Shown here: in pieces, positions 1 to 9,933 of the stretch | How the letters are laid out: each line of letters begins with the position of its first letter | How positions within the stretch are numbered: position 1 is the first letter of the stretch | Source: Rhodospirillales bacterium | Lineage (GTDB): Bacteria; Pseudomonadota; Alphaproteobacteria; Bin95 | Assembly: GCA_038143065.1 (NCBI GenBank) | Contig: JAYQLI010000035.1 | Location: forward strand, 2,592,894-2,656,893 | DNA length: 64,000 nucleotides | Direction: 5' to 3' | Made by a program: the position numbers and the translations under genes | The notes under the pieces: generated by a model | Database searches by the model: none | What the model was told of the DNA's origin: nothing | The model's input: the letters and a program-made list of their open reading frames with translations, nothing else

Positions 1-171
1 GCCAAGTGGTCCCCGTTTGATCGAGGTATGGCCTCTGCTGGCGTTGGAGCTGATAAAGACATTCGTGAACTAAAGATCGAGCCGAATGGCCACAATAAAC
101 CGTGGGATATGGAAACAATTTATATTGGGCAATATCGCCGTTGGGCCGAACTAATGGCTGCGGATAAATGA
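1..171 (+). CDS. C-terminal fragment of an aromatic ring-hydroxylating dioxygenase alpha subunit (benzoate/anthranilate-type), truncated by window edge
   Basis: Open frame from base 1 (AKWSPFDRGM...ETIYIGQYRRWAELMAADK*), TGA 169-171 overlaps the ATG of the beta subunit (ATGA); resembles BenA-type C-termini. Confidence 0.7.
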   Translation, partial: AKWSPFDRGMASAGVGADKDIRELKIEPNGHNKPWDMETIYIGQYRRWAELMAADK

Positions 172-683
172 GTAACGTTACAAACGCAGATCTTTGCTTG
201 CAGCATGAAGTTGAGCAGCTGATCTACAAAGAAGCTTACTTGCTTGATATGCGCCGATTTGATGATTGGCTAGAGTTATACAGAGAAGATGCCGAGTTCC
301 TAATTCCCGCATGGATTAACGAAACAACCCTTGCTACCGACCCATCAAAGGAGCTCTTCCTTATCTACTTTCATAATAAGACAGGCTTGGATGATAGAGT
401 TTATCGTATCAATACTCGTGATAGTTACGCCTCTACACCGATACCAAGGAGCACCCATGTAGTTGGTAATGTTTTGGTAATAGCGGCTTCTGAGACCAAT
501 ATAGAAGCTTCCTGCAGTTGGACTGTGCATCAATACGGTGACAGGAAGGGAGCTCGCATTCATGGTGGTCGCTATGATTACACGTTCAGCCGTCATGAAA
601 ACGGCGATTTAAAAATTGCGCGTAAGCATATCACTTTTTTAAATGACCGCGTAGATATACCAATCGATGTTTACAATGTGTGA
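168..683 (+). CDS. Aromatic ring-hydroxylating dioxygenase beta subunit (BenB/AntB-like)
   Basis: 171 aa; EAYLLD..RFDDWLELY, LIY...GLDDRVYRI, PRSTHVVGNV, KIARKHI.FLND..IDVYNV. Confidence 0.9.
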   Translation: MSNVTNADLCLQHEVEQLIYKEAYLLDMRRFDDWLELYREDAEFLIPAWINETTLATDPSKELFLIYFHNKTGLDDRVYRINTRDSYASTPIPRSTHVVGNVLVIAASETNIEASCSWTVHQYGDRKGARIHGGRYDYTFSRHENGDLKIARKHITFLNDRVDIPIDVYNV

Positions 684-693
684 AGAGTTTATA

Positions 694-1818
694 ATGGCGA
701 AATTACCGACCCAGCAGGAAATTTACGAACGGGTTATTAGGCATGTCGATAATAAAACAACTGACGTGGGCGACGGGATTTGGCGGGAGCCAGTTGAGAA
801 CTATCAGTCGATAGAGCGTTTTCAGGCAGAGTTAAAAATGATGCGCCGCATCCCTCTGCCCTTCTGTCCTTCAGCTGCCTTACCGGAGGCGGGGTCTTAC
901 ATCGCGCGAGTAGCTGCTGGGACGCCCTTATTGGTTGTCCGTGGTGACGATGGTGTTGTGCGGGCCTTTCGCAATGCATGTAGGCATAGAGGAATGGCGC
1001 TAAAAGAAGGCTCAGGCTGCGCTAAGAGCTTTGTTTGTCCATATCACGCTTGGACTTATAGTTTGGACGGTGCGCTTAAGCACATCCCTGGCTTTGAGGG
1101 ATTTCCATCAGTTGACAAGGCAGACCATGGATTGGTTGCAGTAACCGCTGAAGAAAAATCTGGCATCGTTTTTGTCACGCAAGAAAAGCCGATTTCTGAT
1201 GGTGCTCTTGAGTGCCTTCCAGAAATTATAAAGCCCGAGCAGAAGGTTTTTAACTCCCTGGAGTTTGTTGACGAAGCAAATTGGAAGCTTATCGGTGAAA
1301 CCTCAATGGAGGGTTACCACATAAGGGCTCTACACAATAAATCATTCTATCCCTACGGCTATGATAATCTGAACATAATAGAGCTGTACAAGCGAAATGC
1401 GCTGATCGTTTTTCCGTTCAATAGAATAGAAAGACTTAGAGAGAAGTTACCAGAGGATCGGAACTATGCAGGACGTTTCACTCAAGTGTTCCAAATCTTT
1501 CCCCACGCTCATACATCAGTTTTGTCTAACAACACCCTTTATATAATTTTGGAGCCTCTGACCCCAACATCAACACGCTGGGTGGTTTATCAGTTAACAA
1601 ATGAAGGGGAGGAGGCCACCAAAGAAAATCTAGAGATTGCTCGACGCGATGCTAACTTTGTTCAGGACACTGGGCTGCTTGAAGACCGAGCAGCCGCAAA
1701 AAGTATCCAGGATGGCATTCCTAGTGAAGCTAATGAATATTTCACTTTTGGCCAATATGAACAGGTTATTTGTAATTTCCACCGTAGTTTGGATGAGCTG
1801 ATTGCAAAGACAAACTAG
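694..1818 (+). CDS. Rieske non-heme iron oxygenase alpha subunit
   Basis: Rieske motif CRHRG...CPYHAW; mononuclear Fe motif NWK...EGYHIRALH and late ED; start placed at the internal ATG (MAKLPT) just after the beta gene. Confidence 0.9.
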   Translation: MAKLPTQQEIYERVIRHVDNKTTDVGDGIWREPVENYQSIERFQAELKMMRRIPLPFCPSAALPEAGSYIARVAAGTPLLVVRGDDGVVRAFRNACRHRGMALKEGSGCAKSFVCPYHAWTYSLDGALKHIPGFEGFPSVDKADHGLVAVTAEEKSGIVFVTQEKPISDGALECLPEIIKPEQKVFNSLEFVDEANWKLIGETSMEGYHIRALHNKSFYPYGYDNLNIIELYKRNALIVFPFNRIERLREKLPEDRNYAGRFTQVFQIFPHAHTSVLSNNTLYIILEPLTPTSTRWVVYQLTNEGEEATKENLEIARRDANFVQDTGLLEDRAAAKSIQDGIPSEANEYFTFGQYEQVICNFHRSLDELIAKTN

Positions 1819-1846
1819 ATTGTAGAACTTCTGATTTTAATGCCCG

Positions 1847-2497
1847 TCAATCCTGCCACTGGTTCCAGGACACGATATTCTCGATTGGAGGCCGTTTGGC
1901 GAGTTTGAAGTCATTACCAATAGTGTAAGCAACAGGCAGAAGACCTACTTGCATGATCTCTCGTGGGATGCAGAGTAAATCCTGAGCTTCGTTCGCGTTG
2001 TGAAGGTGAAGAGTTGTCAGAGTAGATCCCAGCCCACGAGCGCGCAGAGCAAGTTGAAAACTCCAAACTGCAGGCATGATCGAGCCCATTAACCCTGCCC
2101 ACGCCGTAGCTGGTGGGTTTTTTGCCATGTGATCCACTTTGATGAGTGGAATTACATGAACAGGTACTTTTTCAAGATTTTCTGCGAGATATTGTGCAGA
2201 AGAATAAACTCTTTCTGTTTGATTGTCGCCAGCGGCAGCGGCTGCATCCTGAGACTTGACCAAGTACTCTCCAGCACCCCTCCGATAAATATCAGCAAGA
2301 GCTTCACGTTTTTCCGAGCTGGTTACGATAATCCAACGCCATCCCTGTCTATTGCTTCCTGTGGGAGCCTGCTGGGAAATATCGAGGCACTCTAGAATAA
2401 CTTCCCGAGGTACGAGCTTTTCAAAGTCAAGGCGTCTTCTAACAGCCCTGGTTGTAGTTAATAATTTATTAGTTTCTTTGAGGTTGAACGGCGGCAT
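1847..2497 (-). CDS. Nitroreductase family protein
   Basis: TTTRAVRRRL, QAPTGSNRQGWRW, LALRARGLGS motifs. Confidence 0.9.
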   Translation of the reverse strand: MPPFNLKETNKLLTTTRAVRRRLDFEKLVPREVILECLDISQQAPTGSNRQGWRWIIVTSSEKREALADIYRRGAGEYLVKSQDAAAAAGDNQTERVYSSAQYLAENLEKVPVHVIPLIKVDHMAKNPPATAWAGLMGSIMPAVWSFQLALRARGLGSTLTTLHLHNANEAQDLLCIPREIMQVGLLPVAYTIGNDFKLAKRPPIENIVSWNQWQD

Positions 2498-2599
2498 GAT
2501 TACTTTCTGTATCAGACCCTCTGTTGGCTTAGGTTAATTATTAGTTCCAAAAAGAATTTATGATCTTCAAAAACCAATTATTGCTATGTCCAATAAGAA

Positions 2600-3097
2600 T
2601 CAGATTTGTGCATTTCGTCTTTTAATGAGTGTCTTAATCTCACCCTCCATGCAAAGCTCATCTCGCTGATTGTGTACTGTTGCCCGAAGTACAACTATTC
2701 CAGTTGTTCGGCCTGGTTCTAAATCAAACACTTCGAGCATTGGGTAGGTTGTGTCGCCAGAAAAAACAGGTGCTTTAAAACGAGCGGTCAGCTCTACTAT
2801 CGCTTTAAGGCTGTCTTGCACAATGAATGGAAAGTCGCCCGCACCCGGAGCTGCCTGGATTAACACTTGCATTCCATGGGCGAGGAGGCCAGGGAAACCA
2901 AGATTTCGGCAATACTCGATATCATAATGAATTGGATGATTGTCTCCACTCGCCATCTGGAATGCAGCAAAGAGTGCATCGGTCTGGGTCCTTGATGGCG
3001 AAATGAAGCGTTCCCCTAACTTGAAATCTTCAAAATATCGCTGTTCTGGTACACGTGGTTCCCGCCAAGGACGATCAGAGAAATTCTCAGCAGACAT
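2600..3097 (-). CDS. MaoC family (hot-dog fold) dehydratase
   Basis: YFEDF..G, SGDNHPIHYD, AHG, RF.APVF.GDT. Confidence 0.9.
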   Translation of the reverse strand: MSAENFSDRPWREPRVPEQRYFEDFKLGERFISPSRTQTDALFAAFQMASGDNHPIHYDIEYCRNLGFPGLLAHGMQVLIQAAPGAGDFPFIVQDSLKAIVELTARFKAPVFSGDTTYPMLEVFDLEPGRTTGIVVLRATVHNQRDELCMEGEIKTLIKRRNAQI

Positions 3098-3143
3098 TAT
3101 CAGTAACCTTCTTTCTTTTTGCTGATTTTGAATTTGTTCAGTA

Positions 3144-4895
3144 TTATTTTAAAAGAGAACTGCGCCTTATAGCATCCAGAGCCAGCGGAGCGGGGTATAT
3201 CTCTGCGGCATCACATGAAAGACGATCATCTGCGATATCAGCTGCTAAGTGATCAGGCGATCGTAAATGAGGTTCTCCGAAGCCACCCCCTCCAGGCGTT
3301 TCCATTCGCACTCTATCACCTGGAGCCATTATCAGCCTACGCTGTTTAACGTCTACAATTCTCTGAGGTCCATTTTTAGGTTTCACGATAACACGAGCCT
3401 TTCCACCATCACCTCCACCGTTTGCTCCCTTGGGTGATGTTTTGAAATTATCTCCGCGACTGGAAAAACTAGCATGTTGGCCAACCGCCTCAATTTCTCG
3501 TGCAAGCCCCATCCCACCACGCATGCGACCTATTCCTCCTGATCCTTCTATCAAAGAATATTCGATCACGCGGAGTGGATAGCTGCTTTCGACCGCCTCT
3601 GCAGGCGTGTTTAAGGAATTCGTGATATGGCAGTGAGCGCCGTCCATCCCATCCATGTTGGAAAGAGCGCCATTTCCACCACCTATTGTCTCTAAATACA
3701 CGTACGGAGTCCCAGCCACGGTTTCGCCACCGAAGACCATAGAGGCAAGTATATCGTGACTTGAGGCCATCGTTCTTTCTTCAGGTAGAACTGGCTGCAA
3801 GGCTCCAAAAATGGCACTCGAGAGCTTCTGGCAAGTGGTAGTTCTTGCACCAACTGCTGCGGGAAATCTCGGATTTAGGATTGTTCCTTTGGGAATATTA
3901 AGCTCCAACGCCTCGAAAAGCCCCGTGTTAGGTGGCAGTTCAGGGTCGAGTAGGGCTTTTACTGCATATACGACCGTCGCCTTCACGCCCGAAGGTAGCA
4001 GGTTAAATCCGCCTCGAGATTGGTTCCCAGTTCCTGCAAAGTCAAAAATTAGCTGTTGGCCTTTGATTATTAGCGTTGCACAAATCGGTAATGGATCACC
4101 TCCGAGGCCGTCGTCATCCATCCATACCGTATGGGTGTATTCGCCATCTGGAAGTTCATTAATGCGTCCTGCAAGTCGGCGCTTGGCGTACCTAATAAGT
4201 TCGTCGGTTAGGAAATTCATTCGCTGAATACCCTCACGAGAAGCTAGTTCGGCAAGACGTATTGCCCCAAAGTGCGATACAGCTGATTGCACTTCTAGGT
4301 CGAGTTTGCGTACTTCGGGTTCTCGGGTGTTGTGAGCTATAAGGTCCAATAGTCCTGCATCGATTTCACCATTTCGTGAAATTTGGATGGCGGGGATTCG
4401 AATTCCTTCCTCGAAAATCGAACTTGCATCTGGAGCGATCGAGCCTGGGGTTGGACCTCCTACGTCAGTATGGTGGCCAATGCAGGCCGCGAAATAGTGC
4501 ACGTGTCCATCTACAAAAACGGGCTCGATAATCGAAATGTCATTCAAGTGTGTTCCGCCACAGAGATATGCATCATTGGCGATAAATGCGTCCCCAGGCT
4601 TCATGTTTCCTATTGGGTATCTGTCAATTATTGCATCAACAGCTCCGAATAGAGAGCCTAGATGGATTGGTATATGCGCCGCTTGAGCTATTAGCCTGCC
4701 GTCAGCAGTAAACAATGCGGTCGAGCAATCCCTTCGTTCCTTAATATTTGGCGAAAATGATGCACGGACAAGTCGTCTGCCCATTTCTTCCGCTATAGCG
4801 AGTAGGCGGTTAGAAAAGACTTCAAGTGCTATCGCGTCAATAGGGCTCTGTTCAGCTAGTATTGCCTTATCATTTCCAACGGGCTGATCAACCAT
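3144..4895 (-). CDS. Hydantoinase B / 5-oxoprolinase subunit B family
   Basis: SPNIKERRDCS, HIPIHLGS, GGTHLND, HHTDVGG, YLETIGGG, ETPGGGGFG. Confidence 0.92.
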   Translation of the reverse strand: MVDQPVGNDKAILAEQSPIDAIALEVFSNRLLAIAEEMGRRLVRASFSPNIKERRDCSTALFTADGRLIAQAAHIPIHLGSLFGAVDAIIDRYPIGNMKPGDAFIANDAYLCGGTHLNDISIIEPVFVDGHVHYFAACIGHHTDVGGPTPGSIAPDASSIFEEGIRIPAIQISRNGEIDAGLLDLIAHNTREPEVRKLDLEVQSAVSHFGAIRLAELASREGIQRMNFLTDELIRYAKRRLAGRINELPDGEYTHTVWMDDDGLGGDPLPICATLIIKGQQLIFDFAGTGNQSRGGFNLLPSGVKATVVYAVKALLDPELPPNTGLFEALELNIPKGTILNPRFPAAVGARTTTCQKLSSAIFGALQPVLPEERTMASSHDILASMVFGGETVAGTPYVYLETIGGGNGALSNMDGMDGAHCHITNSLNTPAEAVESSYPLRVIEYSLIEGSGGIGRMRGGMGLAREIEAVGQHASFSSRGDNFKTSPKGANGGGDGGKARVIVKPKNGPQRIVDVKQRRLIMAPGDRVRMETPGGGGFGEPHLRSPDHLAADIADDRLSCDAAEIYPAPLALDAIRRSSLLK

Positions 4896-4909
4896 TACGG
4901 GATGACAAA

Positions 4910-6625
4910 TTAGCCAGCTCGAACCAGCTTGCCGGGTAGAGCGCCAGTATGTTTGCCGTTCTCGAACACTGGGACTCCAGATACGATTGTCATTTCATAG
5001 CCTTCGGCTTTTTGAACTAGCCTGCGTCCTCCTGCTGGAAGATCAAAAATGACTTCTGGCCGACGGATTTGAAGTGCATCGTAGTCAATGATATTGACGT
5101 CCGCCTTTAAACCCTTCTCCAGACGTCCTCGATCTTTGAAGCCAAAAAAATCAGCGGTTTCGCTAGTAAGGCGACGGACTGCCCATTCAATCGGGAATTT
5201 TCCTCCTCGGGTTCGGTCTCGTGTCCAGTGAGTAAGCATAAACGTGGGCATTGAAGCATCGCATATTTGACCACAATGGGCACCTCCATCACCTAACCCC
5301 ACGATTGTTGCTTCATCCTGCATCATTTCGTGAACTGGTTCTAAATCTCCGGTGACAAAGTTAGTGACGGGAAAAAGTACCATCCCACCTCCATCGCCTT
5401 CGGCCATGAAGTCATAAACAAATTCTTGTGGTGACTTCCCTGCAATCTTTGCTGCTTCCTGAACTGCAGCCTCAGGTTTGGGCTCATATTCTGGTGGGTC
5501 ATTCAAAATGTACATACGGTCCCAACGATTTGCGATAGCCCTTTGCAGGGGAGGAAGCCGGGAAAGGAGGTCGTCTGAATTTTCCTCTGAAAGAATCTGA
5601 GCTCGAACCTCTGGATCTTTAAGCTTTTGTAATCTCTCAGGTTGAGGCATGCCATCGAGTGCAGCAAAAGTAGGACGTCCACTGAATGGTGTCAGTGACG
5701 TGGAGAATCCCAAAATAATACCTACAGCACGCCCGGCAATTTGAGCGGTTACATTGGCCCCGCCATCACGAGCTTTGTGGGCTCCTTTCATGAGACGGCG
5801 CCAGCGTTCAGGGTCTGAATAACGGTCTGTGAGAAGAAACCAGAGAGGGCGGCCTGTTTCTTTTCCAATAGTTTCAATCCATTGGAATTCAGCTTCTTCG
5901 TCCTCAAAATCATTCAGCATGCCATATGCACCGTGATCTACGCTCTTGAATGCTTCACCAATGCCTATGAGCTCATCGGCAGCAGCATATCGGCCTGGAA
6001 CTCGTTCACCTTTTGTAGTTCTGTGGGACTCGGTTCGCGAAGTGGTGAAGCCGAAGGCTCCAGCTTGCAAGGCTTCTTCCGTGAGTTTTCGCATTTCGGC
6101 AATATCATCTGCCGTTGCATCTTCAAAATTAATCGCACGCTCCCCCATAACGTAAACCCGCAAAGGATGATGGGGCATCTGAGCGCCGATATCTATTACA
6201 CGATCCTGTTTATCAAGTGCGTCTAGATACTCGGGAAAACTTTCCCAATCCCATTTAAGTCCTTCGGATAGTACAATGCCAGGAATGTCCTCGACACCTT
6301 CCATAAGGTCAATCAAAGCTTCATGGTCTTTGGGGCGGCAGGGTGCAAAGCCAACGCCACAATTGCCAAATAAAATTGTGGTGACGCCATGCCAAGAAGA
6401 GGGCGTCAGCATAGGGTCCCATGTGGCTTGGCCGTCATAGTGTGTATGCACATCAACGAAACCAGGTGTCACTAATTTTCCATTTGCATCTATTTCTCGC
6501 TTTCCAGGTCCGATTTCTCCTCCAACCTGGGCTATCTTATCACCGCTGATAGCAATATCACCGACATAGCTCTGGGCACCGGTTCCATCGATTATAGTTC
6601 CATTGCGAATAACAATATCGTGCAT
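4910..6625 (-). CDS. Amidohydrolase, N-acyl-D-amino-acid deacylase family
   Basis: [33 protein letters not shown]. Confidence 0.9.
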   Translation of the reverse strand: MHDIVIRNGTIIDGTGAQSYVGDIAISGDKIAQVGGEIGPGKREIDANGKLVTPGFVDVHTHYDGQATWDPMLTPSSWHGVTTILFGNCGVGFAPCRPKDHEALIDLMEGVEDIPGIVLSEGLKWDWESFPEYLDALDKQDRVIDIGAQMPHHPLRVYVMGERAINFEDATADDIAEMRKLTEEALQAGAFGFTTSRTESHRTTKGERVPGRYAAADELIGIGEAFKSVDHGAYGMLNDFEDEEAEFQWIETIGKETGRPLWFLLTDRYSDPERWRRLMKGAHKARDGGANVTAQIAGRAVGIILGFSTSLTPFSGRPTFAALDGMPQPERLQKLKDPEVRAQILSEENSDDLLSRLPPLQRAIANRWDRMYILNDPPEYEPKPEAAVQEAAKIAGKSPQEFVYDFMAEGDGGGMVLFPVTNFVTGDLEPVHEMMQDEATIVGLGDGGAHCGQICDASMPTFMLTHWTRDRTRGGKFPIEWAVRRLTSETADFFGFKDRGRLEKGLKADVNIIDYDALQIRRPEVIFDLPAGGRRLVQKAEGYEMTIVSGVPVFENGKHTGALPGKLVRAG

Positions 6626-6700
6626 GGCGCAAAACCCTATTTCTGCTTCCGCTGGAATAAACGCTAGGCAGATTTTTACGCTTGCGCAACAGTTCGGGCA

Positions 6701-7895
6701 TCAATCAAGCTGCAGTAGTTCACTGCAAAGATAGGCACTTTCAGCCAGAAAAGGGTGAATTGGATGGTCGGGTGCAGCGCCTCCGGTGCGCAGTAGGCGG
6801 CCGTTGCGTCCTGCATCGGCTAACCCATGACGTACTTGCTCACTGAATGCCTTTTCATCAACGTTATGTGAGCATGAGGCTGCAAAAAGAAAGCCTCCTG
6901 GCTCTACCAGCAGAGCAGCAAGGCGTAAGAGTTTGCGATAACCACGGAGGCCTGCAGCCAAATCTTTACGACTTTTTACAAACGCTGGAGGGTCTACAAT
7001 GACAACATCCCAACGTTTCCCTTCTGACAGAGCTTTTTCAAGAAAAGTAAATGCCTCATCACGTTCAAATTTACATATTTTGCCTAGCCCGTTTCGGTCC
7101 GCTGCAGCTTGCGCCAGAGAAAGTGCACTTTCAGAGCGATCTACCATTGTCACCGATTCAGCGCCTGCAGCTGCGGCATTAATCCCAAAGCCACCCAGAT
7201 AACAATAACAATCTAGTACGCGAGCTCCTGATGCGATGGCGGCTACAGCAGCCCGGTTGCCGCGCTGGTCATAAAACCATCCAGTCTTCTGCCCATTTTT
7301 TGAGGTCTGTTATAAAAACGAGACCGTTTTCCATTAACTCAGTGTGTTCTGAAATTTTTCCCAAAACTTTATCTGTTTCTATTGGTAGCCCTTCCAAGGA
7401 TCTGGCAGTCGAACTTTTCTGAATAATGATTGTCTTGGGATTAAGTAGTCGCTTTAAAGCACTTTGAATTTCGGCTTCTAACAAATTAAAGCCAGCAGAG
7501 TTTATCTGTACAACTATCGTGTCATCATATCGGTCCATAATCACTCCGGGCATTCCATCGGCCTCGGCATGTATCAATCGATAAAATGGCTCTCTAAATA
7601 ACCTATCTCGCAAAGTGCAAGCTTGGATTAGTCGTTCAAGTATGAATTGCTCATCAATAGGTACATTGACTTTATTTGAGAGAATTCTTCCTACTACCAA
7701 TGGTTTTGGGTTAAAGAACCCAGTTCCGACAAGATCGTTTGAAGCATTCTTGAAATTTACAACACTGCCTGGGGTTAAACTTTTGGCCTCCGAGGTCATC
7801 TCAACTTCGTTAGAGTAAATCCAAGGATGTCCCATTTTTACGCGCCGGTGGCGTTTTGGGAGAAGGCGAATTTGAGGAATGGGTGCATTAGTCAT
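6701..7895 (-). CDS. rlmI: Class I SAM-dependent rRNA methyltransferase RlmI-like (one apparent frameshift near 7295)
   Basis: N-terminal PUA-like GHPWIYSNE, HAEADGMPG..DRY, C-terminal VDPPAF and SCSH; two ORF pieces joined across a T homopolymer. Confidence 0.8.
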
Positions 7896-8004
7896 GAGTT
7901 TCGGATAGAAGCTTATTGAAAGCATCGCAAGAGTAGTCGCCAATAAGACACTTATCGATGTATATAAGTAGTCAAATTTATTTCTGGCTGAGGGTTGAGA
8001 CGGA

Positions 8005-8958
8005 ATGCAGGGACGACTGGTTACAGTATTTGGTGGTTCGGGTTTTATCGGTCGATACATTGTAAAAAGATTAGCTGCTAAGGGCGCCCGCGTCCGCGTG
8101 GCCACCCGTGATCCAGAGGGTGCAAAATTTCTTAAGCCAATGGGTGCTGTAGGACAGGTTGCTCCATTCAAAGTTTCCATTGGTAATGCCGACTCAATTC
8201 GGGTTGCTGTTGAAGGCTCTGATGCAGTGGTGAATTTGGTTGGAATTCTCTCTGAAGGCGGACGCCAGAGCTTTCGGATGGCTCATGTTCAGGGACCGGA
8301 AAATATTGCTAATGCTGCATCTGCTGCAGGAATTCAGAATATGGTCCATGTTTCGGCGATTGGCGCTGATGGGGACAGCGCAAGTGCCTATGCACGAAGT
8401 AAGTTTCTAGGAGAGGAGGCTGTTCGCTCTGCAATCCCTGAGAGTGTAATTCTTCGCCCAAGTGTAGTCTTCGGTCCCGAAGACGACTTTTTTAATAGGT
8501 TTGCAGCAATGGCGCGTATGGCTCCTGCGTTACCACTTGTGGATGGAGGCAAAACTAAATTCCAACCTGTATATGTTGGAGACGTTGCTGATGCAGTAAT
8601 GGCAGCACTCGAAAATGAAGGGGCTTCAGGTAAAACCTATGAGTTGGGGGGGCCTGAAGTTTTAAGTTTTAAGACGCTTCTTGAATACATTCTTTCAGAG
8701 ACTGGGCGTTCGCGTGCGCTTGTTCCTGTGCCTGCGCCATTTTTAAAGCCTTTGGCTGCTATCATGGAGTTTCTCCCAGCTCCTCCGTTGACACGGGACC
8801 AACTGATTTTGTTGCGGAAACATAATGTGGTTGATGATGGGGCGCTTAAACTCGCAGACTTGGGCCTAGACGCAACAGCGATAGCAGCTGAAGTTCCTGA
8901 CTATCTTGTGCGTTTCAGAAATCAGGGTCAGTACACTAACTACAAGCAAGCCGACTAA
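8005..8958 (+). CDS. Complex I NDUFA9-like NAD-dependent epimerase/dehydratase
   Basis: VTVFGGSGFIGRY, VVNLVGIL, YARSK..GE, FQPVYVGDVA. Confidence 0.9.
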   Translation: MQGRLVTVFGGSGFIGRYIVKRLAAKGARVRVATRDPEGAKFLKPMGAVGQVAPFKVSIGNADSIRVAVEGSDAVVNLVGILSEGGRQSFRMAHVQGPENIANAASAAGIQNMVHVSAIGADGDSASAYARSKFLGEEAVRSAIPESVILRPSVVFGPEDDFFNRFAAMARMAPALPLVDGGKTKFQPVYVGDVADAVMAALENEGASGKTYELGGPEVLSFKTLLEYILSETGRSRALVPVPAPFLKPLAAIMEFLPAPPLTRDQLILLRKHNVVDDGALKLADLGLDATAIAAEVPDYLVRFRNQGQYTNYKQAD

Positions 8959-9024
8959 GAGGGCGACCAATAAGAGAGACCTTTTAGCTATCTACGACCC
9001 ATTAACTGAGATCTACGGGATTAG

Positions 9025-9933
9025 TTAAAGGCCTAGAAGTCCTCTCGCGAATTCCCTGGGCTGGAATGGCTGCATGTCCTCCTGACCTTCACCAACTCCT
9101 ATCAAGCGAACCGGTATATCGTAAGCCTTAGCCAGAGATATTACGACACCACCCTTAGCCGTGCCATCCAGTTTTGTAAGTGCAAGGCCTGTCACGTTAG
9201 CCATCTCTCCAAAAACTTTTACTTGGCTAAGAGCGTTTTGACCTGTGGTTGCATCTAGTGTGAGCAAAGTCTCATGAGGTGCCGATGGGTCTATTTTCTT
9301 AATAACTCTGACGATCTTTTTTAGTTCGTCCATTAAGTTGGATTTATTGTGCAGCCGACCTGCAGTATCAATTAACAGCACGTCGATGTTTTCATCTTTT
9401 GCCTTTTGTATTGCTTCGAAGGCAAGGCTCGCAGCATCTGATCCGTTATCTTGGGTTACGACAGGAACCCCAGCTCTCTCTCCCCATATTTGAAGTTGTT
9501 CCACCGCGGCAGCTCTGAATGTATCGCCCGCTGCGATCATCACGTTCTCACCGGAATTTTTTAATGCTGAAGCGAGCTTTCCAATTGTCGTAGTTTTACC
9601 AGTGCCGTTGACTCCAATTACAAGAATGACAAATGGTTTCTTGTTGTGGGAGAGATCAATTGGCTCAGCGACCCTCTCTAAAATACGGGTTACTTCTTCA
9701 GAAATGCGCTCGCGAACCTCAGCATCGCTCACAGTTTTTCCGCGCATGTCATCTAAGCTTCCGATCAGCTGGGCTGCTACCGATGGTCCCATATCTGCCA
9801 TGATTAGAGCATCTTCGATTTGCTCGATCGCTTCTTGATCAAGCTTGCGACCATCAACTGCGGCTATGACATTCTGTGTTAGTTTAGATGAAGTTTTTGT
9901 TAAACCTTTTTTAAGACGTTCTAACCAACTCAT
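9025..9933 (-). CDS. ftsY: SRP receptor FtsY
   Basis: GVNGTGKTTT, DTFRAAA, DTAGR, TKLDGTAKGG. Confidence 0.97.
   Translation of the reverse strand: MSWLERLKKGLTKTSSKLTQNVIAAVDGRKLDQEAIEQIEDALIMADMGPSVAAQLIGSLDDMRGKTVSDAEVRERISEEVTRILERVAEPIDLSHNKKPFVILVIGVNGTGKTTTIGKLASALKNSGENVMIAAGDTFRAAAVEQLQIWGERAGVPVVTQDNGSDAASLAFEAIQKAKDENIDVLLIDTAGRLHNKSNLMDELKKIVRVIKKIDPSAPHETLLTLDATTGQNALSQVKVFGEMANVTGLALTKLDGTAKGGVVISLAKAYDIPVRLIGVGEGQEDMQPFQPREFARGLLGL

Noticed and set aside
7896-8180. Long N-terminal extension of the rlmI-like ORF overlapping the divergent NDUFA9-like gene
   Set aside because: ORF-caller extension; the conserved sequence starts at ATG 7895
9025-9933. Short FtsY lacking the acidic N-terminal domain
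   Set aside because: Common in alphaproteobacteria; not unusual
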